DNA of 32,000 bases, taken from contig NZ_CP040089.1 in the NCBI RefSeq assembly GCF_009617975.1, positions 480,001 to 512,000 on the forward strand. Reading direction: 5' to 3'. Positions 7,363 to 14,485 of the stretch are shown piece after piece. Origin of the DNA: Candidatus Nanohalobium constans (GTDB lineage: Archaea; Nanohalarchaeota; Nanosalinia; Nanosalinales; Nanosalinaceae). The notes below the pieces were generated by a model. It searched no databases, was not told the origin of the DNA, and worked only from the letters and a program-made list of their open reading frames with translations. The translations under genes and the position numbers were made by a program. Position 1 is the stretch's first letter; every line of letters starts with the position of its first letter.

Positions 7363-8334
7363 TTACCTCTCAAAATCGTGTTCACTGCTCTCAGCCGCAG
7401 CATCCTTAATCTCAACCAGCAACTGACACTTCCTGCACACATCACTACTACAAGGTTCACCACATCTCTCACACTCCTGAATCTCGTTTTCTTCACCTTC
7501 CCAGTCCATGTTATCCTCAACCATGTCAGAGATCTCACGGCCTTGGGAAACAATACTATATTTGATTCCAGGCATCTCAGATTCTAATTTGTTCAGAAAG
7601 CTCTTGACCATTGGTCTGAGACTTCCTTCCTGTACATGAGGACAACGATCAATAACACCTAAATCATGGAGACGGGAGAAAAGTGCTACTTCTCTCTCCA
7701 TCACATCACGCAAGGGCTTGATCCTTTCCACAAACATTTCGTGGTTTGCAGGATCATCTTTTGGACCTATACGCGCCAAACGCTTCATGTCCCCCTTGAT
7801 ATGATTCATCATAATGCTCTGAGCTTCGTCATCCAAGTTGTGCCCTATCGCCATCTTGTCGGCATCAACTTCTCGACATAGCTTGTTGAGTAGATCTCTT
7901 CTCATTATGCCACAGTAGGTGCAGTTACCTTTCTCTCCTGCGTCGGCCACATCATCCATCTTCAAATCATAGTAATCATCATAGGAGCCGATGTAACACT
8001 CGACACCCAGGTCGTCACACAGTTCCTCGGCAGCTGAAATCGACTCATCACGGTAAGGATCGATGCCCTCATGGACACAAACACCGACAATTTCTATATC
8101 AGGGCGTTTACCGAAAATCTCAACCAACTGTTGAAGCATAACCGCAGAATCCTTACCACCACTCAGCCCGACAGCAATAGTATCGCCGGACTCAACTAGG
8201 TTACCATCACGAATCGTCTTCTTCACAGTCTTGTTGATATCAATCGTGAAGTGCTCCTTACACAGTGAACGACCTTCGAACTCTCTGGTGATTACTGCAT
8301 CTTCATCGCATCTGCTGCATTTTGAATCAGTCAT
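7363..8334 (-). CDS. ncsA: tRNA 2-thiolation PP-loop ATPase (Ncs6/NcsA/TtuA family)
   Basis: 323 aa with the PP-loop SGGKDSAV, CxxC zinc fingers at both termini (CSRCDE...CKEH; CERCGEPCSSDVCRKC) and the CTYCGIMRR Fe-S/active-site block. Confidence 0.88.
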   Translation of the reverse strand: MTDSKCSRCDEDAVITREFEGRSLCKEHFTIDINKTVKKTIRDGNLVESGDTIAVGLSGGKDSAVMLQQLVEIFGKRPDIEIVGVCVHEGIDPYRDESISAAEELCDDLGVECYIGSYDDYYDLKMDDVADAGEKGNCTYCGIMRRDLLNKLCREVDADKMAIGHNLDDEAQSIMMNHIKGDMKRLARIGPKDDPANHEMFVERIKPLRDVMEREVALFSRLHDLGVIDRCPHVQEGSLRPMVKSFLNKLESEMPGIKYSIVSQGREISDMVEDNMDWEGEENEIQECERCGEPCSSDVCRKCQLLVEIKDAAAESSEHDFER

Positions 8335-8430
8335 AGAAGAACTGTGCGAAGTGAAATTTTTTGAACCTCAACATAGTTGGCAGATAATAAGTAGTAAATT
8401 TTTTTACTTTGAGTCTTCGTATAAATTCCT

Positions 8431-8970
8431 GTGGAAGTACTACTTATCACAGGGAATCCTGAGAAAGTTGAAGCTGCAGAAAAAGCCTTTGAGAAAACAG
8501 AAATTAATGTTAAGCAGCTAGACGATGATCATCCTGAAATACAGGCCTCAAACAGCTTGGAAGTAGCAAAAAACAGGGTCAAGAAAGCAATTAGAAACCA
8601 TGATAATCCTGTGATTAGGGAAGACCACAGTCTCTACCTTGATGCAATCCCTGGTTTCCCAGGACCTTACATGAGCTACTTTGACGATAACCTAAATGCA
8701 GAGAAACTAGTTGAGCTTCTAGAAGATAAGAAAAGAACAGGATACTTTGAGATTGCTACTGTAATAGGATTTCCTGACGGAAAGATAAAGGAATACGAAT
8801 CTAAAGTACCGATAAAAATTTCTAAAGAAGTTAGAGGTCAAGAAGGCAATTTAGAAAAAGTACTTATGCTTGAAAAGTCCGATAAAACATTTGCAGAAAC
8901 CGACAGCGAATCAAGAATAGAACTCTGGAACAAAAACTTCAGAGAAATAGCTAAAGAACTCTCAAAATAA
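8431..8970 (+). CDS. Non-canonical purine NTP pyrophosphatase (Ham1/ITPase family)
   Basis: GTG start. LLITGNPEKVEAAEKAF and REDHSLYLDAIPGFPGPYMSYF match ITPase motifs (TGN..K..E; EDSGL.V.AL.G.PG.YS). Confidence 0.82.
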   Translation: MEVLLITGNPEKVEAAEKAFEKTEINVKQLDDDHPEIQASNSLEVAKNRVKKAIRNHDNPVIREDHSLYLDAIPGFPGPYMSYFDDNLNAEKLVELLEDKKRTGYFEIATVIGFPDGKIKEYESKVPIKISKEVRGQEGNLEKVLMLEKSDKTFAETDSESRIELWNKNFREIAKELSK

Positions 8971-9008
8971 CTAATTACAATAACTTTTCCTAAAATAGAG
9001 AACCTCAA

Positions 9009-9683
9009 CTACTCATTGATGACAGAAACAATCTCGCTCAACTTATCAACAGTATAAGTTGGCTCATCCAAGTTTTCCGGGTGAACCCAAACAGAATCCA
9101 TTTCAGCGTTTGTAGCTGCCTGAACATCGCTTTCATGGTCACCGACATAGATGTAAGGATCTCTCTTTAACTGGAACTTCGCCAATTCCAAATGGTTAGG
9201 ATGTGGCTTCCTGGCTTTCAAGTCTTCAAAACTTCTGACCCCCATGTAAAACTTGAAATAGCTTCTGAGATCAAAATAATCAACCACCATTTCAACTGCT
9301 TGATCAGGAGCATTACTGATGACACCAAGCTTTACCTGGTTCTCTTTCAATTCCTGTAATAGTTCTTCTGCGCCGTCGATAAGACCAAATCCGTTCTCTT
9401 CGATTTGCTGCATACGGGCCTGTGCAGTCTTCTCAGCGACTAGGCTCCAAGCCTTCCGTGGGTCAACACCGATATCGCCGCAGACACGGACACACTCCTC
9501 ATAACCCTTATCACCTAAAATCGCATCAAGAACCTCACGATCCAAATTTTGGTCAACGCCAAGCTCTTCCAATGCATCTCGAGTAGCTTGATACTTCCAC
9601 TCCTCACTCTCCATAGAATTCAAGATCACTCCATCCAAATCAAAAATCACTGAACCATACTCCATAAACCCGAATTCGCCCAA
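9009..9683 (-). CDS. HAD-superfamily phosphatase
   Basis: Motif I VIFDLDGVILNS, motif II VISNAP, motif III KPHP, motif IV VGDHESDVQAA. Confidence 0.85.
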   Translation of the reverse strand: MGEFGFMEYGSVIFDLDGVILNSMESEEWKYQATRDALEELGVDQNLDREVLDAILGDKGYEECVRVCGDIGVDPRKAWSLVAEKTAQARMQQIEENGFGLIDGAEELLQELKENQVKLGVISNAPDQAVEMVVDYFDLRSYFKFYMGVRSFEDLKARKPHPNHLELAKFQLKRDPYIYVGDHESDVQAATNAEMDSVWVHPENLDEPTYTVDKLSEIVSVINE

Positions 9684-9762
9684 ACACCTTTAATAGCTTT
9701 CCTAGACCGATGGAATCATACTCATCAACAAAAAATTAAAGAAACAATATATCTTCTCCAAC

Positions 9763-10245
9763 ATGAGCACAACTAAACCCAATATCTTCAGAGGAATGAG
9801 CCCAGAGAAAAAACACGACCCTCTGATAAACAACGGCAGCATAAACGCCCTCACAGAAGATCCAGAAAACTTCACATTTGAAGACATGCTAGAAGTACTT
9901 AACGAGAATGAAGGATACCAAAACATCAGAACCTCAACCTACCCCAACTGGACCCTAAAGCCCGGATGGGTTGAGAAATTTACTGACGGAGAAGCAATAG
10001 TACTAATAGCAGACTACTCAACCACTCAGCTCTCCGAGAACAACTACAGATGGGGAAACGACCTCTATGTCGAATCAGTACCCTGGGAACATATAGAAGA
10101 AATAATATACCCAAAGAAAAAAGAAGGAGAAGTCCAATCACACATATCAGAAGCAGAAAAAGAAGGAGTAACACTCACACCAGCAACAAATGTCTACCAA
10201 CAAACAATCCGCCAATACAAAAATAAACATAACCAGGAACTCTGA
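9763..10245 (+). CDS. Hypothetical protein (160 aa)
   Basis: Long ORF in an otherwise unoccupied interval with coding-like composition. No motif recognised. Confidence 0.5.
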   Translation: MSTTKPNIFRGMSPEKKHDPLINNGSINALTEDPENFTFEDMLEVLNENEGYQNIRTSTYPNWTLKPGWVEKFTDGEAIVLIADYSTTQLSENNYRWGNDLYVESVPWEHIEEIIYPKKKEGEVQSHISEAEKEGVTLTPATNVYQQTIRQYKNKHNQEL

Positions 10246-10279
10246 GCAATAAAAAACTACACCAATTTAACATTAACAA

Positions 10280-10369
10280 GCCGGCGTGGCAGAGTCTGGC
10301 TAATTGCGGCAGATTCGAGATCTGCTGAGGCATACCCGCCTCTCCTCGGTTCAAATCCGAGCGCCGGCG
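10280..10369 (+). tRNA. tRNA-Ser (anticodon CGA)
   Basis: Hand-folded. Acceptor GCCGGCG/CGCCGGC, D arm GCAG/TTGC, anticodon arm GCAGA-TTCGAGA-TCTGC. Long variable arm GAGGC-ATACCC-GCCTC, T arm CTCGG-TTCAAAT-CCGAG, discriminator G. No encoded CCA. Confidence 0.9.
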
Positions 10370-10372
10370 TTT

Positions 10373-10702
10373 CTAAAGAATTGGGTTGCCGCCTCCAGGC
10401 GTTGAAAATATATAATCTTCGGGCTCTGCTAACCGAGTCTCTACTTCTTCAAAGGTATTCTCAATTGCAGTTTTTTGATCGCAATATTCTTCTAGCGCAT
10501 TTTTTCTGTCTGAATAGGTAAGATGGATTGAAAACTCTCTGCCACTGTCATCCAAGGGATGTATGCTGTATAATACTTGATATCCTTCATCTTCTCTATT
10601 ATCATCTAACTCTCCAAAGATTGTTAGGTGAGATTCATTTAATTCTCTGCTTTCAATGAAAAGTTCGATTTCATCAACCACGCCAGCAGAATCATATTCC
10701 AT
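10373..10702 (-). CDS. Hypothetical acidic protein (109 aa from internal ATG)
   Basis: The track ORF 10373-10750 begins with a hydrophobic, Cys-rich 16-aa stretch (MLLFSYIFNCCVLVNV) unlike the rest. ATG at 10702 (MEYDSAGVVDEIE...) is the more plausible start. No family recognised. Confidence 0.5.
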   Translation of the reverse strand: MEYDSAGVVDEIELFIESRELNESHLTIFGELDDNREDEGYQVLYSIHPLDDSGREFSIHLTYSDRKNALEEYCDQKTAIENTFEEVETRLAEPEDYIFSTPGGGNPIL

Positions 10703-10830
10703 AACATTGACTAACACGCAGCAATTAAAAATGTAACTGAAGAGTAGCAAATAAGCTTGGAGTTCTTAGTGTCTTTTTAAGTTTCAACTCCTCTTTTTTT
10801 TGTTACACATTTAGGATGTGATTTTTGCTT

Positions 10831-11214
10831 ATGACAGATGAATTTGAAGATGAGGATTTTGACGCACAGTTTGAAGATAACGATGAAAATTCTGAAGAAC
10901 CTGACTTTGAGGAAGACTCGGTAGAAGAAGAGTCTTTTGAAGAAGAGCCTGAAGATGACTTCGAGGAGGAAGAAACTTATGACAGTTCCGAAGACGATTC
11001 TCAGGAAGAAGATGAAGATGAGGACTTTGACAAGCCTGTCTCTGAAGGAGACATTGTTGAAGTAGAAATCGACGATCTGGGAAGCAAAGGCGACGGTATT
11101 GCCCGAGTTGAAGGCTTTGTAGTCTTCGTTCCTGGCGGAGAAGTCGGTGAGACTTACGATGTAGAGGTTACTTCAGTTGGTAACAAGTTTGCTTTCGCCG
11201 AGATCGCAGAATAA
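10831..11214 (+). CDS. TRAM-domain protein with a ~70-aa hyper-acidic N-terminal extension
   Basis: The C-terminal GDIVEVEIDDLGSKGDGIARVEGFVVFVPGGEVGETYDVEVTSVGNKFAFAEI is a typical TRAM beta-barrel. ATG 10831 is preferred over the TTG at 10825. Confidence 0.8.
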   Translation: MTDEFEDEDFDAQFEDNDENSEEPDFEEDSVEEESFEEEPEDDFEEEETYDSSEDDSQEEDEDEDFDKPVSEGDIVEVEIDDLGSKGDGIARVEGFVVFVPGGEVGETYDVEVTSVGNKFAFAEIAE

Positions 11215-11322
11215 ATTCATCACTAACATATTTTTCCATTTCTCTTTTCTATTTCTGTAATCACTTAGAGAAAACGACGGATTTTCCAAACATTTAAAAG
11301 TACCTTCATGTTGTGGGGTAAT

Positions 11323-11634
11323 ATGTCACTAAAGGAGAAGCGTGAAGAAGCTGAAGCCGTACTTGACTCAGCCGAAATGACTTTGGAAACCTTTGGAGGA
11401 ACAGGCAAAACAGCCCGTGAACTCGAGACGAAAGTGTCCCAGCTCGAAGCCGAGCTACAGGACCCGGACTCTGAGAGCAGCTTGAACAAATTAATCGAAG
11501 AGATCAGAGAACTGATGGAAGACATAGAACAAGGCGGTGCAGACCCAATGATGGACGATCCTGGAATGGGAGGCGGCCCTGGTGGAGGACCAGGAGCTGG
11601 TGGAATGCCTGACGACGACATGCCGCCGATGTAA
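11323..11634 (+). CDS. Hypothetical coiled-coil protein with Gly/Pro/Met-rich tail
   Basis: The frame is acidic and coding-like. TTTAAAAG (11294-11301) lies ~22-29 nt upstream of ATG 11323, favouring this start (leaderless) over 11308. The antisense ORF 11265-11654 is Ser/Pro-rich and rejected. Confidence 0.5.
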   Translation: MSLKEKREEAEAVLDSAEMTLETFGGTGKTARELETKVSQLEAELQDPDSESSLNKLIEEIRELMEDIEQGGADPMMDDPGMGGGPGGGPGAGGMPDDDMPPM

Positions 11635-11663
11635 TTAAACATACCTTTTCCCAACTTTTTCTT

Positions 11664-12353
11664 ATGAAAATCCTTTCTTTTTCCAAAAGAAAAATAATTT
11701 TCAGTGCTGTAGCTGTTTTAGCACTTATTTCAATACCTTCCTTCTACCAGCATCTCATGTTCTTCCTTTCAGGGCAGATACAGTTCTTTATGAAGCAGAA
11801 TGCCTGGCTCTTGGTAGCTGGCAGCGTAATATTCTTTTTGTTATTCCTGATACCGTTAACTTACAGGCATAAGGCAGACTGGAAAAGCTCTGGTCTGTAC
11901 ACCGCATTCCTGATCTCCCTATTTATCGAAATGTATGGACTCCCTCTGACAGTATATCTTTCCTCAGCATTCGTATCAATGCCTTCATCCGGACAGATAC
12001 CAGGCTTCCTCATAAACTTCGCAGGTTTCGGGCTTAACATCTGGATGATCATAGGTGCGCTGATTACAATGATAGGATGTCTAATAGTCGGCATAGGATG
12101 GTATACGATCTACAACGCAGATGGAATAGCAAGAAACGGCATATACAGATACTCCAGACATCCGCAGTACCTTGGAATTATACTGATCACAATAGGATGG
12201 TTCATAGGATGGCCAACACCCCTAACAGGAATAATACTTCCAATCCTAGTCTACCAATACTACAAACTCACACAGACCGAGGAGGAAGAAGCACTAAACG
12301 AATTTGGGGAAAAATACGAAGAATACATCCAGAAAACACCAAGATTTATCTGA
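11664..12353 (+). CDS. Membrane methyltransferase, ICMT/PEMT-like family
   Basis: 229 aa with multiple TM helices. GIYRYSRHPQYLGIILITIGW matches the isoprenylcysteine carboxyl / phospholipid methyltransferase motif (RHP.Y.G). Confidence 0.78.
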   Translation: MKILSFSKRKIIFSAVAVLALISIPSFYQHLMFFLSGQIQFFMKQNAWLLVAGSVIFFLLFLIPLTYRHKADWKSSGLYTAFLISLFIEMYGLPLTVYLSSAFVSMPSSGQIPGFLINFAGFGLNIWMIIGALITMIGCLIVGIGWYTIYNADGIARNGIYRYSRHPQYLGIILITIGWFIGWPTPLTGIILPILVYQYYKLTQTEEEEALNEFGEKYEEYIQKTPRFI

Positions 12354-12375
12354 ACCCAAAAACAGGTGAATAAAC

Positions 12376-12510
12376 ATGGAAGAACTAGAGCAAAAGATCA
12401 AGCAATCCCTGGAGGAAGGATACGAAAAACAGGAAATTATAGAAGTAATGCAGGAGCAGGGCTACTCAAAACACAAAATAGGGAAAGCACTAGCCCACCT
12501 CAACGATTAA
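12376..12510 (+). CDS. Candidate 44-aa small protein
   Basis: Read by eye: MEELEQKIKQSLEEGYEKQEIIEVMQEQGYSKHKIGKALAHLND. It has the acidic composition of its neighbours and an internal duplication EEGYEKQEI / EQGYSKHKI. The overlapping track ORF 12366-12638 is Arg-rich and implausible. Confidence 0.35.
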   Translation: MEELEQKIKQSLEEGYEKQEIIEVMQEQGYSKHKIGKALAHLND

Positions 12511-12534
12511 AACAAGTTCCGAGAATAACAATTC

Positions 12535-13143
12535 ATGCCTCCAGGACAAGGCGACCAATGCCCCTTCTGCCAACTAATAGAGAACCCACAACAACTGATA
12601 ACAGTCGGAGAAACCGAAAACTTCTACGCCTGGCTTGAAGTACAGCCAAGATCCAAAGGACACGCCAATGTAGTACCTAAAGACCACAAGGAAAGTATAC
12701 TAGAATTCTCACCCGAAGAATACCACGAAGCAATGACTCTCGTACGGGAAACAATCGACAAAGCAATCGACGGACTAGGCGCAGACGGAGCAAGCATAAC
12801 AATGAATGTAAAAGAAGCTGGCGGACAAATGCTCCCACACGCATACATACAAATCTTTCCCCGTTTCGAAGAAGACGAAAACGCTGGAACACCGACAGGA
12901 GCCATCTTCCAACACCGAGAAGACCTACAAGACCAAGACAAGTTGAAAGAGATACAGGGAGAGATGAACTCTGTCAGCCCCAACTTCGAAACAGAGAAAA
13001 TAGAGCCACACCCCGAAAGCCAAAGATTCAAAGAAGAACCAGAAGAAAAACAGGAAGAAAATGTAGAAAACTCTGAGGAATCAGGAGAAGAGGAAGAAGA
13101 CGACGGAAGACCTGAGAGAGGGGAAAGCATCGAATGGATGTAG
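12535..13143 (+). CDS. HIT-family (histidine triad) protein with degenerate triad and acidic C-terminal tail
   Basis: CPFCQLI, GHANVVPKDH and GGQMLPHAYIQIFPR align to the HIT blocks CiFC.I, GH.LV.PK.H and AGQ.V.HLHVHVIPR. The triad reads H-A-Y-I-Q. Confidence 0.78.
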   Translation: MPPGQGDQCPFCQLIENPQQLITVGETENFYAWLEVQPRSKGHANVVPKDHKESILEFSPEEYHEAMTLVRETIDKAIDGLGADGASITMNVKEAGGQMLPHAYIQIFPRFEEDENAGTPTGAIFQHREDLQDQDKLKEIQGEMNSVSPNFETEKIEPHPESQRFKEEPEEKQEENVENSEESGEEEEDDGRPERGESIEWM

Positions 13144-13616
13144 AGAAAACACAGATTAGAAGAGCAGAACCCGGAGACGAAGAATTACTGGCCAAAGATT
13201 TCTGGCATCCACTTGCCAAAGAAATGGAGAAATATCACGAAGTAAACCGGTTGAAGAAGAATGCCGAGGAAGACGCAGTTTCTGCATTCGAGGACAGGAT
13301 TAAAGATGAGAGTTATACTTTCTTTTTCCTGGAAATAGACAGTGAAGAAGTAGGATACATCTCACTTGAAGAAGGAAATAGATCCTCAAGAGAGGAAGAA
13401 GAATATATGGCAGTAATAGGGTTGTTTGTTAAGGAAAGATACAGAGAAGAAGGTCTAGGAACAGAGTTAATGAGTAGGGCCAAGGAATTTGCCCAAGAGA
13501 AAGATGTGGACTATATGATGGTCTCAGCTGAGTGGCAGAATGACAGAGCCAGGAAGTTTTACAATGAAAACGGTTTTGAGGAGAAAAAAGTAAAATTTGT
13601 ACAGATGGTGGATTAA
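13134..13616 (+). CDS. GNAT-family N-acetyltransferase
   Basis: 160 aa. VKERYREEGLGTELMSRAKEFAQEKD (acetyl-CoA binding R/Q-x-x-G-x-G/A block) and ARKFYNENGFEE (GNAT motif B). Overlaps the HIT gene by 10 nt. Confidence 0.85.
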   Translation: MDVEKTQIRRAEPGDEELLAKDFWHPLAKEMEKYHEVNRLKKNAEEDAVSAFEDRIKDESYTFFFLEIDSEEVGYISLEEGNRSSREEEEYMAVIGLFVKERYREEGLGTELMSRAKEFAQEKDVDYMMVSAEWQNDRARKFYNENGFEEKKVKFVQMVD

Positions 13617-14423
13617 GTGAAAGTTACCTTGCTTGGTTCTGGCGATGCTATCGGAATGCCTGTACCGATGTGTAATTGTGAGTACTGCCAGAAATCGGAG
13701 AAACGGAGGCGTTCAGGAATCTTAATCGAGACAGATGGATCAACTGTGGTCGTTGATATCTCTCCAGACATCAAAGAACAGCTGCATCACGAGGAAGTAT
13801 ATGATGTAGATGGTTTTCTTGTGACGCATTTCCATTATGATCATTTCTGGGGTATTCAGGAGCTTAACCATGTGGCTTTGACTGATGAGGATCATGTCTT
13901 TAATCCAGAAGATTTTGACTTTAACGGCTGGCATGACAGAGAGCTCAAAATTATAGGAAATAAGACTACAGAAGAACACTTAGAAGAGTATCATCTTCAT
14001 GGAAGAGTCAAGGAAAGCGGCAATATCGACTTCGAGTTACTTGAGAAAAACCAGGAAATGAGCTTCCATGATCTTGAAATCAGCACTTTCGGAATAGATC
14101 ACGGCGAAGAAGGAACGACACAGGGCTATGTAGTACAGAAAGGCGAGAAAAAAGTTGTCTTTGCGCCAGATGCGTGGGAACTGGAAGAATCAAATGTTTA
14201 CAACGATGCCGACCTATTCTTCGTTGAAGGCCAACTCTTCGACGCAGAAGGACACGCAAATCAGGAAGTACTGGAAGAACAGATCAAAGAGGCTAACCCG
14301 CAACGAGTGGTTTTGCTTAGTAACTCCGAACACCTCAACCAGATGCACACTGAAAAGATGAAAGAAGCAGCTGAAGAAAAAGGCTTCGAAATCTGGAGCG
14401 ACTACACATCAATTGAACTATAG
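13617..14423 (+). CDS. MBL-fold metallo-hydrolase, PhnP-like phosphodiesterase
   Basis: GTG start abutting the GNAT stop. HFHYDHFWG (HxHxDH) plus the N-terminal GSGDAIGMPVPMCNCEYC, which resembles the PhnP CxCxxC zinc motif. Confidence 0.82.
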   Translation: MKVTLLGSGDAIGMPVPMCNCEYCQKSEKRRRSGILIETDGSTVVVDISPDIKEQLHHEEVYDVDGFLVTHFHYDHFWGIQELNHVALTDEDHVFNPEDFDFNGWHDRELKIIGNKTTEEHLEEYHLHGRVKESGNIDFELLEKNQEMSFHDLEISTFGIDHGEEGTTQGYVVQKGEKKVVFAPDAWELEESNVYNDADLFFVEGQLFDAEGHANQEVLEEQIKEANPQRVVLLSNSEHLNQMHTEKMKEAAEEKGFEIWSDYTSIEL

Positions 14424-14485
14424 GTATCTTATTGCGGCCACATTCAAGAGTGAATTTTTAAGATTCCCTCGCGGAACGCTTATTC

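Noticed and set aside
10246-10760. tRNA-Ser (and likewise tRNA-Gly and tRNA-Arg) as an integration site of a mobile element
   Set aside because: I found no integrase or recombinase gene in the window and no duplicated copy of any tRNA 3' end. I also saw no clear compositional boundary by eye.
11265-11654. 129-aa minus-strand ORF with Pro/Gly/Ser-rich sequence
   Set aside because: It mirrors the Gly/Pro-rich tail of the plus-strand ORF. The plus frame has the local acidic composition and a TATA-like element at the right distance. The minus frame has neither.
12077-12638. Track ORFs 12077-12373 and 12366-12638 (Arg/Asn/Thr-rich)
   Set aside because: These are out-of-frame read-throughs of the ICMT-like gene, the intergenic region and the HIT gene. 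Their basic, low-complexity composition is wholly unlike the rest of the proteome.
12624-13130. 168-aa minus-strand ORF over the HIT gene tail
   Set aside because: It is Ser-rich and antisense to the Glu-rich tail of the HIT protein, so it is a compositional artefact.
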